A stretch of DNA of 64,000 nucleotides from Tubiluchus corallicola (Eukaryota; Animalia; Priapulida). A program made the position numbers and the translations under genes. The notes below the pieces were generated by a model that was not told the origin of the DNA, ran no database searches, and worked only from the letters and a program-made list of their open reading frames with translations. Of the stretch, positions 1 through 14,100 are shown piece after piece; position 1 is the stretch's first letter; every line of letters starts with the position of its first letter. The DNA lies in the NCBI GenBank assembly GCA_030141605.1, contig JAQGDQ010000102.1:167676-231675 (forward strand). The letters are read 5' to 3'.

Positions 1-616
1 CAGCAAATGCGTTGACGGATGGCGGAGGCGGGGTAGGGGGTTTTCGGGGCGGCCATTGAAGCTACTTCAAAGTTCGACTGCAAGTTTGTCTTCTGATTTG
101 ACATCCGATCGTCTTTTTTCTTGCATTTTGTTCTTGAATTTGGTGTTTCGTTTATCGGTTTTGCTTGTATAATTAAATCATAGTAGTAAAAATGTTTTCT
201 TGAAACTCATATTGCTAAACAATGTTAAAGAGCACGCGGCAGATCGCTCAATTTCAAAAGCGTACTCGGCTAGTAAAAGGTTAGGAACCATTGCATTAGA
301 CATTATACAGGCGGAAAACTAATGCAAAGAAAAAACATTGTGCTGTTACGACATGCACATAAGAGCAATTCATTCCAGCAAACTGCTGTCACATATCAGT
401 ATAAATGAAGGAGAATGATCAGCTTGTCCCTTATTTCCAACAAGATCTGCTGAAGCTAAAACACATTCCAAGCTCAAACAAGTCTAAGTGCAATTGCAGT
501 TTTTATCATCTAAACGTAGCCAGCTATCATTAATGTTTCACTGATTAAAAAAAAGTTACTTTAGTGCAACTTCAAAACATTGAAGTAAATGATCCTCCTA
601 CCTGCAGTAGACTTAC

Positions 617-646
617 CAGTTTGTTACTCAATCCTGAAGCCATCAT
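617..646 (-). CDS. Possible first coding exon (MMASGLSNKL) of an unidentified minus-strand gene continuing beyond the left edge; exon 710-617
   Basis: Minus strand shows acceptor TTGCAG (AG at 712-711), ATGATG at 646 and a consensus CTG|GTAAGT donor at 616. Only 10 codons, so no product can be recognised. Confidence 0.4.
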
Positions 647-1789
647 AAGTTGCTGAGATAAACAACTATAATGTGATATCAACGATATTAATCACAAAAA
701 TGTTAAATTCCTGCAATGGAAACAGAGCCTTTAACGAATTTTAAAAACAAGTGACCCGCAAACTCTTTTAACACTACATTTGCTTGCAATCGTTTCGTCG
801 TTAGAATAATCAAGTGATGAACTAACCTAGTAATATGTGTTACACAAAAACCTAGTTATAAATCATCCAGTTTACCCACATGGTAGTGTATTCATTTTGT
901 ATTGAATTGTATTTATTCATTCCACACAATACAGATAAATGCACATCTTAAAGAAAACGATTAGTTATAATTGCTGTAGGCAAATTATGAAGATAGCCAG
1001 CCAGTTTTTCTATCTAAGTTTAACTTTCGTATTAAAAGCCCTTTTGGATGTGTAAAATTCACGAGTGCATATATGCTTACACGATAGCTATCGCTAGTTT
1101 TACTGAGTGTCAACTCACGCACAACTCAGGGAGAGTCTGCAAAAACTAGCCTTGCCAATAGAATTCGCAAATCCGTTCACACTTGCGAGTTTACTCTCCA
1201 AGAGAAAACTCGCTACTCTGAACGTGCAATAAGATTGCTACAGTGTTACATGTTGAAGCAAAAGTGAAAACATATAATAATGTTAGAAAACCAAACTAAT
1301 TTAAGCATGTAGTGTGAAGTAGTGTAGATTTTAATCGGATATATTTTGAAAAAAACTTAGATATAAGAATGATGATATATATAGAAATCTGCCCTAAAAT
1401 TTATTGTGTATGAAAACTATTGTTAAAAGTTTTATTAATGATAATAGAGGTGAAACTTAATTGCTTAATTATTGGGTGACTAGGGCTGAATTACTGCAAG
1501 TTTGGTTTATTTAAAAAATTGTAATTCATTTAATGCCTAATAAGTTGATTTTAAGATCAATATTTTTCTCTCTTTCTTCAACTACACACACTTTCATGTC
1601 CACTCGCACACAACCCTCCCCCCCCCCCCCACATACACACACAGACGCACATGCACACCATATGATAGTCTAGTAAGGTCTAGGGTAAATGAAATCATGA
1701 TATGAGTGAATATCATCATGTTCGTTGGTGTGTGGGTGTAGATAAACAAAGGCTTCGGTTTTAATGTTCTTGTTTAATGTGGTAATTAT

Positions 1790-2600
1790 TTCTCTGTATG
1801 TCAAATTTGAATTCCTGTCTCTGTTTAGGTATAGAAGACTTAGGAAGCTGTTTCGTAACTTCTCCTTGAGGATTTGAATGGTGACCCAACCTTTAGAATT
1901 TTCAACAAGTGTTTGGAGGTTTGTAGTGCTTGAAATTCTTGAACTAAATGCGCAAAATCTTCATAATGTTATCGCCAGCTCATAATCTCGTTCATCTGTT
2001 CGCAGTCCCTCAGTTAATTTACAAGGATTGTTTTTAAGGTAGTATCTTAATTTGTCTGAAGGTGTAACAACATCTCTCGTGAATATTAATTTCGAATGTG
2101 TTCCAGAATTCTTGCCATTGAGCATACTATCCAAAAAAAGGTTGTAAACTTAATTTTTTAATTTGGGCTATTTCATTCGCATAGCGACATTCATGCAGCT
2201 AGACACTGTTGTGTCATGTATTAATCTGTTTGGGTTTCGATTTGGTGAAATGGCTTGCTGACCCAATTGTTTACAACCCGTAAAACTTTATTTGTTTTGT
2301 GTTGTTTGTGGTATCTTGCATCGTTGATTGTTCTGGTTGGGACAGTATAGTAAATTTCATTATGGTAACAGGTTCTTGTTGCAAGATGGTGTATACACCA
2401 TCTGTGTGAAATAATCGGGTTGCGAGCAAGCCAATGATTTATTATGTTCATTGATAGTGGTACATCTAAACAATAAATCAGCCCAAACATCTGCTTGCAT
2501 GTTGACCAACCCATACTGAATGACAAATTAATAGCGAGAAATAGCCAATGAAACAAATTAACATTCCATGTGTGTCTATACATGTGTAATATTCTCTAAA
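1790..2600 (-). mobile_element. Possible highly decayed DNA-transposon coding remnant (Mutator/MULE-like)
   Basis: ORF 2221-2583 contains HWLARNPIISHRWCIHHLATRT and PTRTINDARYH, loosely like the MULE W..P..W...RTNN..E..H segment. Neighbouring frames are broken by stops. Judged by eye only. Confidence 0.25.
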
Positions 2601-2910
2601 AAAAATATAATCATCGGAATTTCAATATTGTTTACATGCGCTATGGACGCAGCCATTATGGATGCTCTTATGTTGTGCACATCTCCGTTATTCGGCGAGC
2701 ACACCAGATGCTGACCGAAAGATAAACACAGGGCGATGAAACTTCGCAACCCGGTGAATTCCCGGTTTGGAAAACAAGAAAATAAAAACAAAAAGGATCA
2801 AACATATGCTGATAAATTAGATTAAATGTAGATAAACATATGCGCTGTTAAAAAGAGCAAAACAAATTGATGAAATTATAATTAGAAGACTGAAAGTAAC
2901 AAAGTGTAAT

Positions 2911-3265
2911 GACTAAAAGAGTTACTGAGAGTTCCTGGAATTAAAAGAGTTGCAGATAGTTCCTGGAATTAAAAGAGTTGCAGAATTGAAAAGAGTTGCA
3001 GAATTAAAAGAGTTCCAGAATTGAAAAGAGTTGCAGAATTGAAAAGAGTTGCAGAATTGAAAAGAGTTGCAGAATTAAAAGAGTTGCAGAATTAAAAGAG
3101 TTGCAGAATTGAAAATAGTTGCAGAATTAAAAGAGTTCCAGAATTAAAAAGAGTTCCAGAATTGAAAAGAGTTGGAAAATTAAAAAGAGTTCCAGAATTG
3201 AAAGAGTTCCAGAATTAAAAAGAGTTCCCCAGAATTAAAAGAGTTGCAGAATTAAGAGTTCCAGA
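2911..3265. repeat. Minisatellite, 17-18 bp unit GAATT(G)AAAAGAGTTGCA, about 19 copies
   Basis: Directly visible tandem repeat with TTGCA/TTCCA variants. Confidence 0.95.
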
Positions 3266-4507
3266 TATCTAGCTAAAAGCTAGCAAACTATGCAAAAGCA
3301 GAAAAATAATTTGGACTGAATCTAAATATATAAAGCTCCACTTGAAAAAAGTTGCAGATTACAAGTCAGCTAGCTATTGATCCGGGGTTATTCGAAATCT
3401 TATACAAATAAGTGAAAGAAGAGACTGGATGATAGTTTTGATCACTTTTAGTTAAATGTGGAACATGAACATAGTACATATACACATGATTGGCATGAAA
3501 ATTGCAACTGCTTAATCTTACTGAAACCTGGACTCTAGCATTCTTTGCATGACCAATTGCAATTGCTATAGAAGATTTCTTCAACTGGAAACAAGAACAA
3601 TTTTGATGATTGTGGATTTCACCTACCTAAAATTAGCTGTATTTTATAGCAAAGCCAATAAAATATATTATTTTTAATCTTAGTTCACTTGTTGTTGCTT
3701 TTACTCAGTTTAAATTTGAATTACAAATAGCCTCAAGATAATGTCAAAGCTGAACCCAACATTTTTATGTAAAAATAAAGTTAGTTGCAGAAGTCAATGA
3801 AAGGTGGCACCTAATATCATACCCCTTAAGCCGAGCTGTATCACACTACACATGTACCTCCTCTCTGTGTAACCATGCCCTACATTGCAAAGTTCTGCAA
3901 CTTTGGAAATGCACTTTGGTGCACAGCAATTTATAGCTGGCTTATCTGTACAATTACAAGTTTGTTTAATTTAGAAGACCTATATGATGGCGGCATAAAA
4001 CCGTGACTAGCAGATGCATAAAAACGGTCACTAACAGGATTACTGTCATACAGCCAACTGTGTTGAGACATCGTGTCACAATTTGCTAACCCATGTTCTT
4101 GCAATTTTTTAGTATTACTGCAAGGTGGAACTTCCACACATGGACTGTTAGCTAAATGTGGTTCTAAACAAGTTTCTATGGGTGCATTTGATGTATGTGC
4201 AACCCCGGGAAAAATATTATGTTTAATACAAGTATCGGTTCTAATTGGCATAATTTAACAATGTCCACAAGGACAAGACAACTTTGTAGATCTAGATAAT
4301 CATACTCAACAACTTTTAGCAAAAGTTTTGAATCTGACACAAAGTTAGCAGATCTCGTTGTTTAAAGCAATTTGCTTTTTAGCATATCTGAAGTTAACTA
4401 GTATTTTATTAATTGCCAAAAAAATTGAAAATAGGTGACTTACTCATTTCCAACTTTATTACTAAACTAAGCATTTTACCAGTTAGCAAAATAGTTCACT
4501 GCTGATC

Positions 4508-4910
4508 AGATGTGAGCATCGAACGTTCGAGTTCAAATGCGTTTTTAATTCGAATTCGATTCGAACCTTAAACTATAGATTTGAACAATGCAGCACTTTA
4601 ACCATATACGTTCTTTTGTCATTAAACATTTTAAACATCACGCAATTAGCACAATTTGGTAGAGATTTTTGGGTGCAATTTCTAAACTAATTATTAATGG
4701 TTTTATTGCAGAACAGAATCGAGTAATATGTATCATCTTTGTAAGACTAATTTTTACTGGTGGTTCGAAAACTTGTTCAAAAATTTTCAGTCTCATTTCG
4801 AGTTCGATTCGAATTCGAAATACTAAAGTTCGGTTCGGTTCGAATTTGAAAGGTACAAATAAATTCGATTTGATTCGAATTCGCTTTCTGACACAGATTG
4901 CTCACCCCTT
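4508..4910. mobile_element. hAT-like non-autonomous element (MITE) with TTCGAA-rich subtermini
   Basis: Imperfect terminal inverted repeats AGATGTGAGCA ... TGCTCACCCCT and many TTCGA/TCGAA motifs near both ends. The right half is recopied at 5741-5883 by the duplication. Confidence 0.55.
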
Positions 4911-6713
4911 ATCAACTGACGGATTGTACCTATGGTTTAGCCTACTGTAAACAAAATACACGTGAATAAACTATTATTTTCTTCGGCGATGGCAGCACTT
5001 ACGCAAGAGCGCTACTTAGCGAGTTGGTGTTAGAGGCACGCTTGAATTTGGTTTTAAAATTTTTCTTTTCAACTAGAACTTTTAGAAGTAGGAGCCGGCA
5101 TAGCCTTAGCTGTAGTATAAGTTCTACAACAAACGTAAAAATTAAGAACGCATATTGCAGTAGTAGACTGAAAAGTAGATAGATTGTATAAAGATGCTGA
5201 ATCCTTAATATGAATATGAATGATCATTATTAGTATTATGTCTGTTGATATTATTTTTTTATTACATCATTATCTTATCCCTCCTTGGGCCCGAGACACT
5301 TGATTACGCATCGCAGCATGAAAACGCGCTGCATACCTTGGATACACACGATCCTCTTCACTAAAACGGCGAGCAAACTGACATCAATAAAGTGCCAGTT
5401 TGCAAGATCAAAAACACGTATTTTGTAAATTTCTTCTTTTCCACTAATCAACGATTACTGTTATTGTTTACTCGTCTTTCATTACACGTAGTAGTCATGA
5501 CAATTTAGTAGTCATATTTATGTGCAAAAATTACATGTGCAAAGTTAAAGCAAAAATAGAATTAGCAGTAAAATAAGTTATTTTACAGTACATCATATTC
5601 AGTTGCCATATTCAACTGCTGTTCGGAAATGAAGCTTCGGATCGTATTCTTGCTGTTGCACAATCAGAATGAATGAATTTGTCATTAATTTCTGTAGAAC
5701 AGACGTGGCACGGCAATTCATTGCAAATTTTGGTCCAAGGAAAACTTGTTCAAAAATTTTCAGTCTCATTTCGAGTTCGATTCGAATTCGAAATACTAAA
5801 GTTCGGTTCGGTTCGAATTTGAAAGGTACAAATAAATTCGATTTGATTCGAATTCGCTTTCTGACACAGATTGCTCACCCCTTATCAACTGACGGATTGT
5901 ACCTATGGTTTAGCCTACTGTAAACAAAATACACGTGAATAAACTATTATTTTCTTCGGCGATGGCAGCACTTACGCAAGAGCGCTACTTAGCGAGTGAG
6001 TGTTAGAGGCACGCTTGAATTTGGTTTTAAAATTTTTCTTTTCAACTAGAACTTTTAGAAGTAGGAGCCGGCATAGCCTTAGCTGTAGTATAAGTTCTAC
6101 AACAAACGTAAAAATTAAGAACGCATATTGCAGTAGTAGACTGAAAAGTAGATAGATTGTATAAAGATGCTGAATCCTTAATATGAATATGAATGATCAT
6201 TATTAGTATTATGTCTGTTGATATTATTTTTTTATTACATCATTATCTTATGCCTCCTTGGGCCCGAGACACTTGATTACGCATCGCAGCATGAAAACGC
6301 GCTGCATACCGTGGATACACACGATCCTCTTCACTAAAACGGCGAGCAAACTGACATCAATAAAGTGCCAGTTTGCAAGATCAAAAACACGTATTTTGTA
6401 AATTTCTTCTTTTCCACTAATCAACGATTACTGTTATTGTTTACTCGTCTTTCATTACACGTAGTAGTCATGACAATTTAGTAGTCATATTTATGTGCAA
6501 AAATTACATGTGCAAAGTTAAAGCAAAAATAGAATTAGCAGTAAAATAAGTTATTTTACAGTACATCATATTCAGTTGCCATATTCAACTGCTGTTCGGA
6601 AATGAAGCTTCGGATCGTATTCTTGCTGTTGCACAATCAGAATGAATGAATTTGTCATTAATTTCTGTAGAACAGACGTGGCACGGCAATTCATTGCAAA
6701 TTTTGGTCCAAGG
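4768..6713. repeat. Near-identical 973-bp tandem duplication (4768-5740 / 5741-6713)
   Basis: AAAACTTGTTCAAAAATTTTCAG starts at 4768 and 5741, and both copies end TTTTGGTCCAAGG. Only a handful of substitutions were seen. Confidence 0.95.
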
Positions 6714-6810
6714 CTTTGTAATGACATGAACTAAAAAACTATTCAGCCAATTCAAAAATTTAAGAAGAAGTGTAAAGCAATGTGTTTCAATAAATACAAT
6801 ACTTCTTAAT
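6450..6810 (+). mobile_element. Degraded LINE ORF2 C-terminal fragment (partial copy also at about 5480-5740)
   Basis: Translates across stops as CRTDVARQFIANFGPRLCN...IQKFKKKCKAM, matching the RT...GP.LWN...FK..LK tail typical of CR1/L2/Jockey-group LINEs. Confidence 0.5.
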
Positions 6811-7267
6811 ATCCATACCTCAGACCTTGTACAGATTATGCAAAAAAGACAACATTGATAAATTTTTTAAGTTGATGTAAACATTTCACAATCTAGTATC
6901 TTTTTCCTACTATTTCCACTAAGACATCCGTCCTGTGTGATCTAAGCTTTATCCCTGTTCTTTTTTTTGTTCACTTATCAATTCCTTCTTTATCTGGCTG
7001 ACATGACAGTGGCCTTTTACAAGCCTTTGCTTCTCTAGCCCACTGCAGTACTATTATTCTTTTATGATAACGATAGTGTATGAAACATAATAATTTATTG
7101 CAGTATTAAGTAACAATATTGATATCGCCTTGTACTGAATGTCATTGAACTGAATGTGATAATAATAAAACTTCAAACATGTGGAATTTTTACAGTTTTT
7201 ACATTTTTCATTTTAGCTCATTTGAAATAAACAACTGAAGGCAGCGTGAACACTTAAAGAGCAAGTT

Positions 7268-10200
7268 ATGTCAAGAAGACGACACAGTAGTGAAGAAGAT
7301 GGTATGTCACATGTGTCCATTGTTCAATTAACACATAACCATTAGGCATTGATAGAGTGGTTTGGTGGCCACTGGCCAGTAGTCTCCATCGTTGACAGGC
7401 TTGTTACCTATTCGGTCTGCAAACTTGGGAGAAACAACTAACATGTGTGTAAGTGGGTGTGGTAAGCTCTCTCTCACCAGATCGGGGCGGGATCCGGTAA
7501 ACCAGTACATATAATATTCCAAGACTATACATGAACACTTAAAGTTTGAATTACTGTTTCCATCGGGTACCCGAGTAATTACCTGCATTGTTTATTACCT
7601 GAGAGTAGAATACTTCTACCCAGTTCCAACAATGAAAATGCAGACAATATTTGTAATAACATATCCATTGTTAGAGAATTTAAAATTTAAATGCCATCTG
7701 CTGTGCATTTCTACAATAGGTATGGTAGTCTACTAGTAGACTATTGACTGCTGCGTTGACAGTACGCCTGGCTAATAGCCAGTAGGGAGATGGCAGATCA
7801 AATCATTTTTGCTGTAGGGATGAGTTACAAAAACAAATTATGATTTCTTTACCAAGTGGTAAATTATCCAAATAAAACTGTATATTAACCTTTAAAAACC
7901 TATTTCAGGTCACTAACAAAGATGTGAATAAACGGATTATTCAGTTTAACAGCACACAAAAAGGATAATATATATTATTTTATTCCCCTAATCCCTATGC
8001 TGCAATAATAGTGCTCAGTGCGGTACTACCTATAAACTGACGTAGTTGTAGCTATAGTAGCTGACTCTTTGACAAAGTGTGCAATGAAGTAATTAAGGTC
8101 TAGCAGATAAAAACTCACACAAATGCCTTACGTGGGGGAAAACCCTAACTCATAGTTTGTGTGTTCAGGCTATCAGCGTGTAATAAATGAATGCTCGTTG
8201 TTAACATAACAGCGCAGTTAGTTAAAATGTACCAGTGGTTGTTTTTATTTGTGAGTATAAATGATTAGAGTTTTTTCACTGCCCGCCAAATCTTAACATT
8301 TGGGTACCCGGATACCCAACGGGTATAAGGAATAGGGTACTCTAGTCTGATTTTTGCTACCCATGTAAACACTAGTTTGAATGCATAACTCCGGCCATAG
8401 GCATATGAGGCGGGAGTCTGTGGGAGCTGCAGTCTTCCCAGGGCAAGATAAATTGCACATTTTCAGGACAAAAGCTGACTGTTTTCAAGGAGAATATCCA
8501 AACTTTACAGTCTTCAATCTTCAAAAATCATCAACAAGTTGCACTGCCTTTTTACTTGTTACTATTTAACCTTTTCTTCAATATGTCTGAGATAACATGC
8601 TGTTTACTGCACTGCTAGCGTCTGCTGCTAGGTAGTGAAAGTGCTGTCGCTCACACAGTTTGTTGTCAGTTGTTATGTGCTTAAAAACCGTGTACCGGCA
8701 TATTCTTGAACTGCGCAATTTAGGCTGTCCGTGAGCAAAAAATTTTTGTTTAGGAGTTTATCATGTTTATGTATTAATTTTGGCATGTTTGTTTGTTTGT
8801 TCAATATTACAATTACAAATTACAACATTGTAATTACATACGTTAGTTTCGGTTTTACACAGTATTAAAAGAAAGGCTAAAAATTTTCTGAAGCAGCAAC
8901 TAATTTTAACTATGGGCTGCCACTGCCAATCATGCATAACTATAACATAATCAAAATTTCAACCGGCAATCATTAAGGTCACCACTAAGTACATACATAT
9001 ATATACATATATGTGTGCTTGCAAACCAAAACCATCCATAAGTCGCCATAGTTAAAACTACGTTATTGTGCTTCAAAGAAGAATGTACCAATATTTTGGT
9101 CAAATGTCAATTTTTTGTTTTTTATAAAAAACAAACGCTAAATACATTTGACTTTTATATTTTAACATCAAATTATCAAAAAAAAACTACAAAAAGTACT
9201 AAAAATCTAATTTTATAACCCTGTACCCATTTTTGCTGGAAACTGGTACTACAATTACAATTTCAAACTCCGATAATAGCTCGCGGAAGCAGTCATTTTG
9301 CTTCGGGTTTTTTCTGTTGCCAAGTCCAGATCTTTGTGAGGAAGAGCCATCTACTGGATTTAAGTATCACTTCAAACTGCTCTTGCAAAGTCCATACCAA
9401 CCAACATATGTGCGGTTGCTAAGTTGTTTTGCTAAGAAACGTGACAAAAACAATGGCAAACTTTAACAGTGATTTTCTCAAGGTTATGTTTTTCACTGCA
9501 TAGCCTACACTTCAACTTCAACGTGGATTATCTCTGCTTAGAAATAACATAGAGCGATGAGCTTATTATCAAGATAATCCTCATGAAGTGCTCCATATGT
9601 GAATAACTAGAAAAACTAAATTGCCGACTTATGGCCGATTTTGCTATGCAAGCACACATATAAATCTTTATTTGCCATAAAATAGATGTCTAGTTATTTA
9701 ACTTGTTGCACAAGTTTATAATACAATTTTTACAGAACGAGGAGCAAAGCGGAGGAGGACGTCGGAGCCAACAGAAATAGAAGAGAGGTTGGAATCTCTA
9801 ATTACACGTGTTGGCGAAAAGGTAACAGAATTCTCTTTTGCTTATTATCTTCTGTCAGGGTTACTTTTAGAAGTAACAGAGTTAATTACTAAAAATTACA
9901 CATTTACTGAAAAGTAATGCGCACATATGCTTGCTAAATGCACAGATGCCAATGCCCAATGTATTTGTTGGTGAATAATTTGTAAATAAATCGAAAATTC
10001 ACTTTGATAAAGTAATTATATTCGCATCTAACAAGACAAACTTCCTTGCTGCCACTGTTGTCTTCTGAAGATGAATTGCTAGTAGAGAGTTTAATCTAAA
10101 CTTTCTTGTTTTATGTTTGCTGTTGTTGTAAGAAAACAAGTGAATGAGTATCAACCTGCAGAACTGAACATGCTACATCTGATCAAACAATGTCTGTCAT

Positions 10201-11100
10201 TTACTAGTTATATTTAATGCACTTTTCCTCACTTTTTGTCTGTTTTTCTGAATCAGTTAAATTGTGTTTTCTGATTTACAGAGCACTTCCTCTTTGGAAA
10301 GCAATCTGGAAGGTTTAGCTGGTGTCCTTGAAGCTGACCTTGTAAACTACAAAGTGAAAATTTTGAAAATCATATGCAGATGGTACGATATTTTAGTTCA
10401 CTTAGCTTTAGGACAACAAATGCCTTACTTGCATAAAGCTAAAAAAATTCATATTGAAAATTTGTATCGCAAAAAAGCTGGTTTTCTGCACACAGAGCTT
10501 GCATTAGGAGTAATTCTGTTTAAACTTTGAAAATTTAAACTCCCTTGATGACCATTAGGCACAGCTATTTTGACGATAAGTCGTTTGAAATAAGTTTAGA
10601 TGACTTTGGGTAAAGTTTGGAAAAATATTCAGAGCATTCGTAGTGCATTCTCCACTAAGTAAGCAAAAGTACATGTTGCTTTATATTACCAATAAGATCA
10701 ATAATGCTTTTAACAAGCCAGTGACATTTTCTTCATGTGAAGCAATGCCAAAGCTGGTCAGTGAATGGATAGGTGACTACCAGGATTAATCTCACTCTGG
10801 ACATGTTCGTTTGCCATATTAATTGTCTATCTATTTACTTCATTCATTACTGGATATTTAGATTTAAATTTAAATTTATTTATTCTTCCATTTAGCACAA
10901 TACAACAAAATACAAGTTATACAATCACAAATTAACAATGCATTACAGTACTATGAGCATAGCAGAAGAAATTAACTTATAAATTTTGCTCAACATTGAT
11001 AAGACTTAATTAATGACATAAATAACAAAAAAATATGTTAAATGGAGCGAAGCAAATGGATGCGAGAAGGCAATAATGACAATATTGCTGATGTTGATGT

Positions 11101-11131
<31 letters not shown>

Positions 11132-14100
11132 GATGACAACGATGGCGATATTAATGCTGATGACAATGGTGGTAGTGATGACGATGATAATGATTTGATG
11201 CTAATGATCATGATGTACCAGGATCGATAATTTAAACCAAGTTAGCCATTTTTGCAGAAGATGTTTTCACGTGATTAAATGATTAAGATATTTCTGCTGG
11301 TTCAGTGGCTCATCTCAGAAGATTTTTAGCCTTAAGGTTGAGCCAGATTTCAATCCCACTATACCCGTTGAGTATGTCCTGTCATCAAACATTAGATCGG
11401 TTTGCAGTGTGCCAAATTCTGTAAATGAGGCTACTTTTCCTTAGCCCAATTTTTCTTAGTTAACAATAATTCACAGTGTTTCGGGTTTCTCCTTAATTGT
11501 TTTTCAAGTTTCTTTGCAGCTTATTGAACTATGACCCATATCTAGTAGCAAACTTCTACCCTGTAGTTGGAAGTGTGATTCACGAGAATATCGGTGGCAT
11601 CAAATTTGACTTCATAGTCTATTGCATTGATTTCATATTTAAATAACGCATACTTTTTTATATATACCATTCATTGATTTTTGCCTTTATCTTAGAGACA
11701 GCTTGTAGCAAAAAAATGGCACAAAACTTCTAATGTGGACTAAAAAAATTGTCAGTTATTGAGTAAGAGACTAAGAGTTTACCACAAAGAGTTCAACACT
11801 GTTGGTAAATTTTAACAGCAAAGAAAATTGACGACCAAATTAATGGAAACGCCCTGTATTTGGCAAGTCAGAGTGTGGGGAAATAGAGGTGTCATTGTGA
11901 AGCTATTAATTGATTAGGCTTCTAAAAAAAACATCAAAAAGAGTTTGAATGTGTTAAAACAGTGGAATGTGCTTTAATTTGGATGCTTTATTTTTTGAAC
12001 TTGTTCTTAGTCATCAAACGTTTTGCATACAAAGTTTTGAGCAGTTTTATTGAAGCACCATCATATCTTTTTCATTTTGGTATAATGATTATGATAAATC
12101 AAATATGATAATGGACAAATAATTAAAGTTCAAGGTCACTTTCGGCAAAATTTCATGTGTTTTCATTGAAGCAAATATCTAAATTTCAACACTGTTACTG
12201 GAACTTGCAAAATTTGCAGATAACTCATATCACTTTTAAGGCAATCATAAATGCCCTAAACACTTTACAGTAAATTGTTTCTTCTGCAATTTCCATCAAG
12301 AAAAAATATTTCATATCTGTATAGCAGCTTTTCATGAAAATTATAAACTATTTTATATAACACTAAAGCAATTATTAGGCTTATAAATTATCAGATATTT
12401 GTTCATAAGTGCAGTTCATACATAAACATTGTACATTGAATGCAAATGAAATGAACAAATGAATTTAGGTTTTTAGTACAAGACACTAGTACTTAGTGAT
12501 TGAGGTTGTTTGACCTTTTTTCTCACAGTGCTGTGAAGATGCCAGAAAAGACGACGGTTTACACGACGCTCGTAGGTTTACTGAATGCTCGCAATTACAA
12601 CTGCGGTGGCGAGGTAAGCTGCACGACTTGTAAATTGCATTTTTTAGGTCTTAGCAAAGTGACATTGCAAATCAAGAGTATGGGGTTGTTAACACCTTCA
12701 GGACCGTAAGCGTTTGCTGCATTCATTGCTGGGTTCATGAAAAACTGCTCTCACTAAGCAGCAATTACGTTATATTTGATAATTTCTGTAGGTTTCTACT
12801 CCTCGCACAGTGGATTTTCATGAAAAATTATATATGCAATACATTTGCTTACCTTGGACAAATTAAAAATCGATTTTTGACGAAAAAATTGAAAATGCTT
12901 TCAGTACCTGCAGTGTTCGCACCGTAACAATGTACAGTAGATCACTTATGTAAAATCAGCTAATGCAGAAATTTTCAACTATTCAGACGTAACACTCTGA
13001 TCCACTTTGGCCTCAAGTCTACTCTATTTTTAAGAAGAAATTACTGTTAAAAGACGAAACTACCTTAATTTCTCCTTGACTGATCGGTTGACTTTTCCTG
13101 GAATTCTGCACAGCTGACAGTTTTCTTGGGCTGTAGCAAGCAGGTGATCAATAAAATAGTGTGTACGATCAAACAAGTGTACACCAGACTAAGCTACCCA
13201 ATTCGCTAAGTTGGAGTGCCTGAAAAGGGCGTGTTTTTCCAACTAAGTCATTTATAAATGTTTTAAAAAAAAGCATGATTGGGCAGATGAGCTTCTCCTG
13301 AATAGAACAGTACCTAATGTGTAATCTAATTTAGTTATGTCTGTGTTCATACATTAACAGAAAAGTCATAGTCCTTATAAGACATATTTTCAATAGTGCA
13401 GTCCTGAGTTAAGTGTTGAGCAGGAAGCTCTGGTATTAATATGTCTTCATAGACACAGATTATCCCCAGACTGTCATTTTCTGATTTAACAAAAATAAAC
13501 ACACCTGCGAAGCTTAATTTTATTGTAGCATGACCATGGACAGGGGAGTAAAACAAAAAAGCGAAAAAGTGACATCGCCTTGTGCATAGGTGTGAACTTG
13601 CCATTACCTGCTATATAACCTAATTTGTGTGGTTAAGTGCTTGATAATTTTGCTTATATTTTTTCATAGATTACTGAAATGCTGGTGAGAAATTTGAAGG
13701 AACATTTGAGAAACTGTAAATTTCACGAAGCAAGAATTGTAGTAAGTAATTATATTACGGCTGTAATGTATAGCTAAGCTAGTGATGCTTAAATTTACGT
13801 ATTAGTAACTGTTAGACTTGAAGCTGGTGTTAACATGACAGCTAAAACTAAACTTATTTGTTATTATGCTTCACTTTACTAACTAAAAATGCTGCCTAAT
13901 GATTGATTAATTTATGTCTTAGTATAACGTGATTTAATGCTGGCAATTGTGATGCATGTCTCAACTGTGGTGCATGTACATTTAAAAACCCTGCATTTGC
14001 CAACTGCTGCATTTGCAATTATTCTTACGAACAACAATTATAAGTATCTCTCAGTAAACATGCACAACTAGCTTGCAGCAGAGGGAAAAATCCCAATCAT

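Noticed and set aside
11042-11230. Asp-rich 62-aa ORF
   Set aside because: It is a translation of a (GAT)n microsatellite.
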